Source of the DNA: an uncultured bacterium | Lineage (GTDB): Bacteria > Armatimonadota > Hebobacteria > CAIYQO01 | Length of the DNA stretch: 64,000 nt | Direction of reading: 5' to 3' | Assembly (NCBI GenBank): GCA_964472305.1 | Contig: CAYYJR010000001.1 | Coordinates: forward strand, 117,220 to 181,219 | Shown: positions 29,056-40,965 of the stretch, piece by piece | Position numbering within the stretch: the stretch's first letter is position 1 | Layout of the letters: each line of letters opens with the position of its first letter | Program-made: the position numbers and the translations under genes | Notes under the pieces: model-generated | Told to the model about the DNA's origin: nothing | Seen by the model: only the letters and a program-made list of their open reading frames with translations | Database searches by the model: none

Positions 29056-30029
29056 TTATTCGTTTTTCTTCAGCTTGCTGAACACGTCGCCGAAGAGATC
29101 TCCCAGCGTGGGAGGGGCGTCGTCGCTGCGCTGGCGCGTCATGAAATCGCGCACTTCGTTGCGCTCACGGTCGCGAGTAGCCTGGCGCAGGCTAAGCACG
29201 ATGCTGCGTTCGCGGTAGCGCACTTCCAAAATCTTCACTTGCAGGTGTTGTCCAGGTTCCAGTGTCGGAGTGGGTTGCTCGCTGCCGCGTCGATCGGTGA
29301 TTTCGCTGAGGGGAATGAAGCCTTCTACGCCTTTCGCCACCTTCGCCACTACGCCGGCTTGCTCCACGCTGAGGACTTCCACCTCTACCATCTTGCCTTC
29401 GCGCAGTTCATTGCGCACCGCGTTCCAGGGATCTTCCTCCAACTGCTTCAGTCCCAGCGAGATGCGTTCGCCGTCTCGCTCGATCTTCAGCACCAGCACG
29501 TTGACCTTCTGACCGACCTGCACGACGTCCGACACCTGTTGCACCTGCTCCCAAGCCAGGTCGGAGATATGCAGCAAGCCGTCGATTCCGCCGATATCCA
29601 CGAAAGCGCCGAAGTCGGTGATGCGGCGTACCACGCCTTCCACCACCTGGCCCTTTTCCAGCTTGGCGAGTGTCTCGATGCGTTTGGCTTCCCGGCGTTC
29701 GTCAGCCACCTTGCGCTGTGACAGCACCACGCGACCTGCGTCGCGGTCCGCTTCCAGCACCTTGGCTTCCAGCGTCTGGCCGATATACCGGTCCAGCCCG
29801 TTCAGGTTGCGTGTGGCGATCTCCGACTTCGGGATAAATCCGCGGACGCCAAGATCGACCGACAACCCGCCCCTGCTGGCATCGATCACCAGTGCGCGCA
29901 CGTTTGTCTGTGCATCGCGTGCAGCGAGCAGGGTATCCCACACGCGGGCATAATCAGTGCTCGTTTTTTCAACGACAATCCCACCTTCGGCGACGGTCGC
30001 CTCGGGATCTTCAACAAATTCGGTCGGCA
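29056..30029 (-). CDS. rpsA: 30S ribosomal protein S1 (short four-S1-domain form)
   Basis: Start at MPTEFVEDPE with RBS GGAGAAGG. Four consecutive S1 domains (GFIPKSEI, GLLHISDLAW, GFIPLSEI). Confidence 0.8.
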
Positions 30030-30457
30030 TGAGCCTTCTCCCTGGAGGATTCCATGATGCCCCACGCCCTTCGAGAGGCATGCGGTTCACTACGCTGAAG
30101 TGTAGCATACCATATTCTTTCAGCAGAGGGAATACCTGTGCAGGCTGCACGCCGAGGAACGTAATTTTTTCACTTGATTCGATTGCCTGTTGTCGGTAAT
30201 CACCGGCGCGGCGTGAAGCCAATCCGAGTGAGTATTGGCAGGGGAGCTGTCGTGATGACGATACTATTACGCAGATTGCATCGTTTGCGCGTTGATACCG
30301 CACGCCGCGCACCGCCGGCCCTGGCTTTGACGCGACGCTGCACTATTCCGCGGACGGATTTGAACTCGCGTAGCGGCTGGCAAGATGACGTCTCCACTCG
30401 TCAACACGCCGGACGTACCGACCTTGACAGCATCGTATTTTATGGTAAGGTTCTCCC

Positions 30458-32587
<2,130 letters not shown>

Positions 32588-32641
32588 CCGGAGCGGGTGA
32601 ATGCCGTTCCGGTTGGCGTGCGGCACTGTCAAGACAGTTGC

Positions 32642-32956
32642 TTAACGCCGCCGTCCGCCACTGTCACCCTGGTACATCCTGCTTCCTGTTTCAAAACGTT
32701 CCGCAACCGGTCGCGCGGGACTGACGGTAATGCGATTTCCCCCAAGTTCTTGTCCATCCAGGGCGGTCATCGCTGCATGCGCCTCTTCATCGGAATCCAT
32801 TTCGACGTAACCAAATCCCTGACTCCGACCCGTTAGACGTCTGGTGACAACCTGTGCGCTGCGTACCGTGCCAAATTGCGAAAACAGGCGCTCAAGGTCC
32901 GCGTTGCCGGTGTCGTCACTCAGGTTGCCCACGTGCAATTTTCTGATCATCGTCAC
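32642..32956 (-). CDS. RRM-type RNA-binding protein (glycine/arginine-rich tail)
   Basis: RNP-2 KLHVGNL and RNP-1 QGFGYVEM motifs in about 100 aa. Confidence 0.8.
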   Translation of the reverse strand: MTMIRKLHVGNLSDDTGNADLERLFSQFGTVRSAQVVTRRLTGRSQGFGYVEMDSDEEAHAAMTALDGQELGGNRITVSPARPVAERFETGSRMYQGDSGGRRR

Positions 32957-33515
32957 ATCTCCTCACCCAACAGCGCCCGGATTCAACAAGGCTGATTTTA
33001 TTTTCCCAGAAACAAATGTTCTACACGAGGTCGCGATGACAATGATTCGCATGGCAAAACGCGGGTGGATACCGGGTGCGCGCCGCCCGGCATGCTGCGG
33101 TCGAGATGGCGCAGATGCTGCCTATTTGCTCTCGTCGTATTGATCGGTTCAGCACGCCGAGGACACTTGCTTGCGCCCGTGACGAAAATCCGGTACACTC
33201 TCGTGGTAGGAAAACCGCGTCGTCTTCCTCGTGACTCTTCACACTCCGTTTGGGTTTGGCTTTGCGCCGGTGTCTGGTGCCTGTGGTAGCCGTCCAAATT
33301 TTTCAGAGACGGCAAGATGACAACGCAGGGATCAGCCATACGGGTGGCCTGGATGCGCAAGGACAATTGTCTGTTGCGCGGCTCCACGCTGCACGCATCG
33401 GCATCCGCTTCTTATTTCCCGATCCGTTCGGTAGCCTGGGTGCCGTCCGACGTGTGTGCCAACCGTCCGGGAAATTGGTTTCCATACTTTAACAGGATGG
33501 TTGGCTGAGGATACG

Positions 33516-35333
33516 ATGCGATATACTGAATTTCCCCTGGACGACCGACTGCAACGAGCACTCGCCACGGCCGGATTTGTCTCGCCGACACCTATTCAAG
33601 CCGCGGCGCTGCCGGTGGCGATGGCCGGACGTGACCTGGTGGGTACGGCACAGACCGGCACCGGAAAAACGGCAGCTTTTGTGCTGCCCATTCTGCAGCG
33701 GCTTATCGCGCTGCCGCTGGAAAGCCGCAAGACCCGTGCGGTGATTCTGGCCCCCACCCGCGAACTGGTAGAGCAGATTCTCGCCATGGTGCGCGAACTG
33801 GGCATCCATACCAACGTGCGCACCGTCGCCGTCTACGGCGGCGTCGCCATGCATCAGCAGACACGCGCCTTGCGGAATGGCGTGGAACTGGTTATTGCCT
33901 GCCCGGGCCGCCTGCTCGATCATATCAACCGCCGTAACACCGATTTTCGTCAACTGGACTGCCTGGTGCTGGATGAAGCGGACCGCATGTTGGATATGGG
34001 ATTTCTGCCGTCGATTCAGGAAATCCTCGAGCATGTGCCCGACAAACGGCAAACCATGCTCTACTCCGCCACCTTCCCGAGATCACTGAACGCCTTCGTG
34101 CAGCAGACGCTGCGCGATCCCGTGCGCGTGGAAGTAGATACCGCGGTGCCGGCGCAAACAGTGCGCCATACCCTGTATCAGGTTAATCACGGCATGAAAA
34201 CTGCCATGCTCACCAGTCTGTTGCGTCAACTGATTCCGGATTCGGATTCGGTGCTCATCTTCACGCAAACTCGCGTGACCGCCAATCAGGTAGCCGCCGA
34301 CCTGTATGCCGCGGGCATGCACGCGGATGTGTTGCATGCGGAAAAAACGCAACGGGCACGCCAGGATACGCTGGATCAATTCCGCGCCGGTGTCTTTCCC
34401 TATTTGGTGGCGACGGATATCGCCGCGCGGGGCATTGATGTGACCAGCATCTCACATGTGATTAATTACGACATCCCGGGCAAAGCCGATGATTATCTGC
34501 ATCGTATCGGACGCACCGGGCGCATGGAGCGCGCCGGTCACGCCATCTCACTGATGACCAGAGGGGATATTCGTTCCGTGCGCGAGATCGAGCGCATGCT
34601 CGGGAAGCGCATTGAGATTGCACAGTTGGAGAACGACTCTGCAGGGATGAACGACGACGGCGCCTCCCCGCACGATGATATGGCGCGCCCGCGGGCAGCT
34701 ACCCGTGCCGCGTCGCATCCTTCACGGCGCCAGGACGAGGAACGTCCACGCTGCGCGCCGCGCCGCGATACGCCCATGGCGTCCGCTGGGCGTGCCGACC
34801 GTCCGGAACGCGCGCGACATGCCGATGCGCCGCGAAATGAACGTTCCGACCGGAGATCGGCGTCAGACGCCCCCGCGCGGGCGGCACGTCCGGGCAAACA
34901 CCACGTTGACGCGGCGCCCCCCCGTGCCGACCATTCGCAGCGCCGGCATGACACGGAGCCACTGTCACGGAAAGAACGTCGCCGCATTCAATTCGGTGAA
35001 AATCCGACAGCGCGATCACCGCAATCCGAGCCGGTGGACCGTCGGCACCGAGATGGAGAAGCAACCTCTGCACCACGACGACGGGAACATGCCGCGGAAC
35101 ACCGTGATACCGCGGCGGCGCCTTCCGAGACGCCGCGCCGCGAGCGTTCCGGTGGGAAACATTTCACCGGCATGGCGGCAGTTGCCAGGCATAACCGGAA
35201 ATTCGCCGGGACAAAACGCCAACCCGGCGAGGTATCATCCGGCCCGCGCCCACATGCAAAAGCCGCTGCCACGCATCAATCCGCTGCCGTGCATGCCACG
35301 CATGCAAAACGACAGGCCGGTCGCGGACGATAG
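33516..35333 (+). CDS. DEAD-box ATP-dependent RNA helicase with ~250-aa Arg-rich low-complexity C-terminal tail
   Basis: Q motif (FVSPTPIQ), Walker A (AQTGTGKTAAF), DEAD (VLDEADRM), SAT and HRIGRTGR motifs. RBS GAGGA upstream of MRYTEF. Confidence 0.9.
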   Translation: MRYTEFPLDDRLQRALATAGFVSPTPIQAAALPVAMAGRDLVGTAQTGTGKTAAFVLPILQRLIALPLESRKTRAVILAPTRELVEQILAMVRELGIHTNVRTVAVYGGVAMHQQTRALRNGVELVIACPGRLLDHINRRNTDFRQLDCLVLDEADRMLDMGFLPSIQEILEHVPDKRQTMLYSATFPRSLNAFVQQTLRDPVRVEVDTAVPAQTVRHTLYQVNHGMKTAMLTSLLRQLIPDSDSVLIFTQTRVTANQVAADLYAAGMHADVLHAEKTQRARQDTLDQFRAGVFPYLVATDIAARGIDVTSISHVINYDIPGKADDYLHRIGRTGRMERAGHAISLMTRGDIRSVREIERMLGKRIEIAQLENDSAGMNDDGASPHDDMARPRAATRAASHPSRRQDEERPRCAPRRDTPMASAGRADRPERARHADAPRNERSDRRSASDAPARAARPGKHHVDAAPPRADHSQRRHDTEPLSRKERRRIQFGENPTARSPQSEPVDRRHRDGEATSAPRRREHAAEHRDTAAAPSETPRRERSGGKHFTGMAAVARHNRKFAGTKRQPGEVSSGPRPHAKAAATHQSAAVHATHAKRQAGRGR

Positions 35334-35803
35334 CGCATTACGATAACAGGCGATGCGGTTTGTCGTTTTCGCGTTCACTCCGGAGATGACGAAATGTGAA
35401 GCGTAACCTTCTCGGTGACCCCGGATACACCAGTATCCGGGGTCGCCTGACGTGAATCCCATCCCACTGGCCATCCGGAGATGGCCGGGAGCACCCCATC
35501 GGTCTTGATGCGTTGTTACCACTGTCACCCCTCCCATTTTTGAAACACTTTTGCAGTATTGGCACACCGACAGGGTCGCCCGGTGCTTGGCTGACGGTCA
35601 TTTTGCGAAAACGACCAATTCAAACCGCATCGGATGGGGAGCACTGTCAGGAAAGGTGTGAGCGAAAGCATGACGAATAGTCTTGCTTTGGTGAATGAGA
35701 TAAGCTGGCGTATTTCGTAATTTAGACCTCTTCATGTTATGTAATGCAGGAAATTGAGCGATGCCGCGGCACTCGCACAGCAGCAGCGAATGAGTTTACG
35801 GTA

Positions 35804-36478
35804 ATGCTGATGACAGATGGTACTCAAGATGCCGGATCGGTTCACACCTCGTCTGTGGCGGCTCCTTCAGGTAGAAAATTGGCGAATGAGGAGCAGCTCA
35901 CCTTGCTGGTACGTCGTTTTCAACTTGGCGATGGCCATGCATTCGAGACGCTGCTCGAACACGTCACTCCGTGCATCACTCCGATTATCTCCCGCTTCGC
36001 TCGTCATCACGCTGACGCCCAGGATGTTATGCAGGAAGTCGCGATTCAACTGTTGCGTGCATTACCGCGCTTTCGCAGTGAATGCCAGGTGTCAACTTTC
36101 ATCTATCGCGTGACGCTCAACGTCTGCATGAATTGTAAAAAGCGGTGGGCGCATACACCGTTGACATTCACCGATATTGCTTTCGCTGACACCGATGAAC
36201 CATGCGACCGCACACTATCCGTACCCCCGTATCCCACCCCCGAGCATGCTTTCATACAGAGAGAGCGGGAGGAAGTCTTGCACGCGTTGATTTACAGTCT
36301 CGATCCCAAGTTTCGCGCGGTCCTGGTCTTGACGGATATCTGTGGGATGAGTCAGCAGGAAATTGCCCAGATTATGCAAACCCCGCTGAACACCGTGAAA
36401 ACGCGACAGAAACGGGCGCGGGATGCGATGCGAAAAAAAATTCTCGCGCGGCAGGAACTATTTGACCGTGTCGGGTGA
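35804..36478 (+). CDS. RNA polymerase sigma-70 factor, ECF subfamily
   Basis: Region 2 (LVRRFQLGDGHAFETLL...QDVMQEVAIQLLRALPRF) and region 4 (DICGMSQQEIAQIMQTPLNTVKTRQKRAR). The track ORF starts at 35744; start chosen at MLMTDG, uncertain. Confidence 0.85.
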   Translation: MLMTDGTQDAGSVHTSSVAAPSGRKLANEEQLTLLVRRFQLGDGHAFETLLEHVTPCITPIISRFARHHADAQDVMQEVAIQLLRALPRFRSECQVSTFIYRVTLNVCMNCKKRWAHTPLTFTDIAFADTDEPCDRTLSVPPYPTPEHAFIQREREEVLHALIYSLDPKFRAVLVLTDICGMSQQEIAQIMQTPLNTVKTRQKRARDAMRKKILARQELFDRVG

Positions 36479-37611
36479 CGAAGGTGAGTATGCAGTGTCG
36501 CCAGATATCAGCACAGATCATCGCCTATCTGAAAGGTGAACTCGCGCGGGAGGAAGCCACGCGCGTTACATCGCATCTCGCCGCCTGCCCGCGGTGCCGT
36601 GATGAAGCACGCGTGCTGGGCAACGCTTTCAGCGAGATGGCACGGCTGCCGACCTTTCGCGTCACTTATGACATTCACGCGATCGAGGCGGGGGCCTGGC
36701 GTCAGCCACCGGCGGCGCCCATCCGCCAGTGGTGGAAACTTGTGCCCGCGGTCGCCTGTGCCGCCGTGATTGTCATTATGGGATTCCTGGTCTATCATCG
36801 CATCTCGACCACACGGATCGCGCAGCGTCCAAGGCTATCCCCGCGTTCGCCCGCGCCCGCGGTTGCGCCCCGGCCCAAGGTTCCCGTTCGTATGGGGCCG
36901 GACGAAAGTGATCAACCGCACATCGCGATGCGCCGGCACGAAGAGCGCCAGGTGGTGGCTGACAACCGGCGCCATGCACACCGGCAGGTGGCACCCCGGC
37001 AGCAACGCACGGCGCCACGCGCTGAACGGCAGCACGCGACCCCGCGTGGAACGGTACAGCATCCGCCGCGGCAGGAATCGGTTCCCCCCGTCGACGGGGA
37101 TGCGGTGATTGCGCAATACGTCGATACGCTGGCGCTGTGCATGACCCAATCCGATAATCCTCGCGCCTCAATTTCCTGTTCGATACTGCCGGTCGCCACT
37201 GCCGACGAACGGGATTTGCCCGTCGCTGACTCGCTGACCGCCGCGCTGGTGTGCGCGTTCAATGACCGGCATGTCACAATCGATATCAAGCGGTTGGCCC
37301 CGTTGGCGACGACGGCTGATCTGCAAACACTGACGCCGAATGCCGCCACCCTCGCACGCCTTGCCGACACGGTAACGGGTGATTATGTGATTGCCGGGCA
37401 CTTGAAAAAGGCGAAAGCCGGGTATGTGCTATCGCTCTATGCCTTCGACAAGCAGGGGCAGTCGATGGTCTTTGACGGCGACCATCCGATTTTATTGCCG
37501 TCCAGTGTGATACCCCGGTTCAGCGACATAATCAGTCACGGCATGATGCGCACGATCGCGATCGCATCCGCCGCGAAACACCGTCAACAATACCGGCAAT
37601 CATGCTCCTGA
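36475..37611 (+). CDS. anti-sigma factor with ZAS zinc-finger, one TM helix and a periplasmic TolB-N/LpoB-like C-terminal domain
   Basis: 4-nt overlap with the sigma gene. HLAACPRC ZAS motif. TM WWKLVPAVACAAVIVIMGFLVY. C-terminal ...TVTGDYVIAGHLKKAKAGYVLSLYAFDKQGQ pattern. Confidence 0.8.
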   Translation: MTKVSMQCRQISAQIIAYLKGELAREEATRVTSHLAACPRCRDEARVLGNAFSEMARLPTFRVTYDIHAIEAGAWRQPPAAPIRQWWKLVPAVACAAVIVIMGFLVYHRISTTRIAQRPRLSPRSPAPAVAPRPKVPVRMGPDESDQPHIAMRRHEERQVVADNRRHAHRQVAPRQQRTAPRAERQHATPRGTVQHPPRQESVPPVDGDAVIAQYVDTLALCMTQSDNPRASISCSILPVATADERDLPVADSLTAALVCAFNDRHVTIDIKRLAPLATTADLQTLTPNAATLARLADTVTGDYVIAGHLKKAKAGYVLSLYAFDKQGQSMVFDGDHPILLPSSVIPRFSDIISHGMMRTIAIASAAKHRQQYRQSCS

Positions 37612-37684
37612 TCCGGGAACTATTTTCCATCGCCGGCGTACAAAGCAAGCAAATCAACGTTATCTATCCCAAGGAGGTAGCAGC

Positions 37685-38659
37685 ATGAGATTCGTAGCTC
37701 GAATACACAGGGGTCTGCTCATTTCCGTCCTGGCACTTTGCGGTCTGACCGGTGCGTTCGCGCAGGCGGCGACCACGACGAAGGTGTCCGTTGAAGTCAC
37801 CAATGTGGTGGATGTCATCGGCGACGGAAAGATCGACTGGTCAAAAGAAGAGATTCGCGCACGGGGCATCGGTTTTGCGCCCAAGTTCGCGAAAACCCCC
37901 GGTCAGATGACCGTGCTGGCGCGGGAAGCGGCACTGGTCGCGGCGGAACGCAACCTGCTGAAGGTAATAAATGGCGTGCATGTCACGTCGGAAACGACGG
38001 TCGAAAACCTGGAAGTGACGCAGGATATCATCAAGACAAGTGTGAAAGGTCTCCTGAAAGGCGCGGTGATCGTCAGCGAGAAGCCGTTTGGCGAGAATGG
38101 CTACGAAGTGGTGCTGGCCGTGAATCTTTATGACGAGAAAAATGCTCTGTCGCAGAGCATTGATCTCCCCGTCCAGTTCAAAGCGGCGAATCCGGGTGTC
38201 ACGATTGTCCCGACCACGCCGAAGGAAGATCCGAAGTCCGACATTACGCCCGTGATTACGCCCCCGGTTACCCCATCGGTTACGCCCTCCGCTCCCGAAC
38301 AGCAGCCGGAGCGTTATACCGGACTCGTCATCGATTGCCGCGGGCTCGGTCTGGCGCGCTCCATGTGTCCCCGCATCCTCGATCAGACTGGGGGGAATCT
38401 CTGGAGTACCTCGATGGTGTCTGTGGAACTTGTCAACGAACGGGGTATTGCGGGTTACTTCACGACGCTGGATGATCCTGCCTTGCTTGATCGCGTCGGC
38501 AAACACCCGCTGGTGGTGACGGCGCTGCGACTTGGGGGCGGCAAGCAATTCAAAACGGATGCGATTGTCAGTCCGGCGGATGCGGAGTTGATCCGTACGG
38601 AAAATCAACAGGCCTTGTTCCTCGACAAATTGAATGTCGCCTTCCTGACCGAAAATTAA
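37685..38659 (+). CDS. secreted LPP20-like domain protein with Pro/Thr linker and unknown C-terminal domain (cluster gene 1)
   Basis: RBS GGAGG. Signal peptide with a possible lipobox (LALCG). N-terminal domain ...VHVTSETTVENLEVTQDIIKTSVKGLLKGAVIV...YEVVLAV fits the LPP20/FlgP pattern. Confidence 0.7.
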   Translation: MRFVARIHRGLLISVLALCGLTGAFAQAATTTKVSVEVTNVVDVIGDGKIDWSKEEIRARGIGFAPKFAKTPGQMTVLAREAALVAAERNLLKVINGVHVTSETTVENLEVTQDIIKTSVKGLLKGAVIVSEKPFGENGYEVVLAVNLYDEKNALSQSIDLPVQFKAANPGVTIVPTTPKEDPKSDITPVITPPVTPSVTPSAPEQQPERYTGLVIDCRGLGLARSMCPRILDQTGGNLWSTSMVSVELVNERGIAGYFTTLDDPALLDRVGKHPLVVTALRLGGGKQFKTDAIVSPADAELIRTENQQALFLDKLNVAFLTEN

Positions 38660-38701
38660 CCGCGCCGTGGCGCGTAGCGAATGATTGAAAAGGAGTATCC
38701 C

Positions 38702-39514
38702 ATGAAACGATATGTTCTCTGGCTCAACTGTCTGGTGCTGTTGCTGGCTGCGGTGAGCGCGCTGGCGGCGCCCGCCGAAAAAGTGAACCCGACACCAAAA
38801 TGTAATAAGCGTGCCATCCTCTGGCGCTCCCTTGATATGCCGGCGAATGCCCATGACGGCGATATCTGGATCAATCCCATCGACGGCATGGAGATGGTGT
38901 ATATCGGCAAGGGTTCCTTCCGCATGGGCAGCAATGAAGTCGCCGATGAGCGACCCTATCATAAAGTCAGCACCAAAGCATATTGGATCGCCAGGTACGA
39001 GGTGAGCGTAGCGCAATATCGCAAATTCAGCGAAATCACCAAACACCCGATGGCGGCTATGCCGGATGTGCGCTGGCTGGAGAATTCGCCGATCGTGAAC
39101 GTCGATTGGAACGACGCGGTCGCTTACGGCAAGTGGGCGAACGGCCGCCTGCCGTCCGAAGCCGAGTGGGAAAAAGCGGCGCGCGGGCGAAAAAGCCAGA
39201 TTTATCCCTGGGGCAATGCCTGGGATGCCGCTCGCTGCAATAACGGGTTGGAAGGGAAGAATGCGCCGATGAAAGTCGGCAGCTTCCCCGCCGGCGTCAG
39301 TTTCTATGGCGTGATGGATATGGCGGGTAATGTCAGCGAGTGGTGTGACGGCGTCTATGAGAAGCAAGGTGATCTCATGGACTATCGCGTTCTCCGCGGC
39401 GGCTCCTGCCATGACATCACCTCGAACGCGTATCGCGCCAGCCGGCGCGATTACCTGTCCCCCGCCACCCGCGCGAATGTCATCGGCATGCGCTACGTGA
39501 TGGATGCCCGGTAA
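38702..39514 (+). CDS. secreted FGE-sulfatase (SUMF1/GldK-like fold) domain protein (cluster gene 2)
   Basis: RBS AAGGAG. Signal peptide MKRYVLWLNCLVLLLAAVSALAAPA. Family hallmarks: RGGSC, NLGFR-like and WEKAARG/YPWGN motifs. Confidence 0.75.
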   Translation: MKRYVLWLNCLVLLLAAVSALAAPAEKVNPTPKCNKRAILWRSLDMPANAHDGDIWINPIDGMEMVYIGKGSFRMGSNEVADERPYHKVSTKAYWIARYEVSVAQYRKFSEITKHPMAAMPDVRWLENSPIVNVDWNDAVAYGKWANGRLPSEAEWEKAARGRKSQIYPWGNAWDAARCNNGLEGKNAPMKVGSFPAGVSFYGVMDMAGNVSEWCDGVYEKQGDLMDYRVLRGGSCHDITSNAYRASRRDYLSPATRANVIGMRYVMDAR

Positions 39515-39578
39515 CGACGAAGCGCAGCGCGGAAACAGGAAGCTACCGCTCGCTTCTCGAATGCTGAAAGGAAATACC

Positions 39579-40751
39579 ATGCGACACTATATTCATTGTG
39601 TCCCATTTTGGCGGATGCTCGCTGCCGTTCTCCTCACCCTGATGCTGGTGTTTGCCGTGAGCCTTGCCGTCATGGCGCAGGACGGCAAGGCGGAGTCCGA
39701 GTTCAAAACGGTCGTCGCGCAGGGCGTCGGCGCCGGTCCGGATCGTGCCAAAGCCCGCGACGATGCGATACAGGATGCCCAGCGCAAAGCGGTGGAACAG
39801 GGATTGGGCCTGTATATTAAGTCCGAGACGGTGGTGAACAACCTGGAACTGGTTTCCGACACGATTTATAAAGACTCCGCCGGTTTCGTGCACACGTATA
39901 CCGTGACCGCCGAGAATTATGATGACGCCAAGGACCTGTACTGGGTAAAAATCACTGCCAAGGTGTCCCTGCAGCGGTTGGAAAATCGGCTGGACGATCT
40001 GTATGACAAGCTGAAGATCGCCGGAAATCCGCGCATCATCATGGCGCTCAACGGCACCGACAGCCTGCGCGATCCCGACGGCATCGTGAATGCGTTGACC
40101 AGCGAGATGGTGGAGAAAGGCTATAAAGTCATCGACGAGGATCAGCTCACGTCCGTGCGGCAGAAAGACGCGTTGCGCCTGATTCGCCAGGGGGAAGTCG
40201 ATGCCAATACGGTGATGCTGCTGCAGGATAAAGCGGACATCATCATCACCGGCAAGGTGTCGGCGGATAATCCCGAGCGCATCATGGACGATCCGGCTAC
40301 CTTCTCGCAGAAGGTGACCTTGGACGCGAAAATCATCCGGACGGATACCGCCCAGATACTGGGCGCCAAACGCGGCCTCGGGGTGGGCGCGGCATTCTCG
40401 ACCAAGGCGGCGCTGGAAGCCGCGGAAGATAAAGTCGGCGCCGACTATTTGAGCAAGAATCAACGCACGCTGTTGCGCGCCGTGCTCGACCCGTGCAAGG
40501 AATATACGGTCAAAGTGGCGCCCTGCACCTTCGCCCAGTTGTCCGCCGTCGAGAGCAAGCTCATCCAGTCGCGCTTCGTCCGCCAGGCGGATGCGCGCTT
40601 CGAGGAAGGCTATGGCGTGCTGACGGTCTCGTTCACCGGCAATGCCAAAACGCTGGCCATGCACCTGGAATCGCATATCGGGAAAGAAATTCGCCTGAAG
40701 GTGATTTCCGTCACCGGGGTGACGGTGATGGTGAAACCCGTCGCCGAGTGA
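39579..40751 (+). CDS. secreted LPP20-like plus TolB-N/CsgG/LpoB-like two-domain protein (cluster gene 3)
   Basis: RBS GAAAGGAAAT. N-terminal TM/signal sequence. GVGAGPDRAKARDDAIQDAQRKAVEQGLGLYIKSETVV LPP20 pattern. A central domain ending in an (I/V)xGxVS motif. The track ORF starts earlier, at 39504. Confidence 0.7.
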   Translation: MRHYIHCVPFWRMLAAVLLTLMLVFAVSLAVMAQDGKAESEFKTVVAQGVGAGPDRAKARDDAIQDAQRKAVEQGLGLYIKSETVVNNLELVSDTIYKDSAGFVHTYTVTAENYDDAKDLYWVKITAKVSLQRLENRLDDLYDKLKIAGNPRIIMALNGTDSLRDPDGIVNALTSEMVEKGYKVIDEDQLTSVRQKDALRLIRQGEVDANTVMLLQDKADIIITGKVSADNPERIMDDPATFSQKVTLDAKIIRTDTAQILGAKRGLGVGAAFSTKAALEAAEDKVGADYLSKNQRTLLRAVLDPCKEYTVKVAPCTFAQLSAVESKLIQSRFVRQADARFEEGYGVLTVSFTGNAKTLAMHLESHIGKEIRLKVISVTGVTVMVKPVAE

Positions 40752-40965
40752 AACGACCAGGGGAATGCCGGGTGGGTCGATATGGCTTGTCGGATGCAAG
40801 CACATGTCTATCTGGAGATACGGACCTGCTCGACCACACGACTACCGTCACGCCCTGACAAATACAGGAGGCATGGTGTATCATATCTGGTCGTAGGAGC
40901 ATGATCGCCTGCCCGGCATTCTTTCAATGTGTTTATACATTTCACAGTAAGGAGGACACCTACAG

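Noticed and set aside
28747-29721. 324-aa plus-strand ORF opposite rpsA
   Set aside because: Antisense to a well-supported S1 gene. No RBS. Low-complexity composition.
37841-40805. Long minus-strand ORFs (579 aa and 420 aa) across the secreted-protein cluster
   Set aside because: They are antisense to plus-strand genes that have signal peptides, RBSs and recognisable domains. Their composition is Arg/His/Gly-rich noise.
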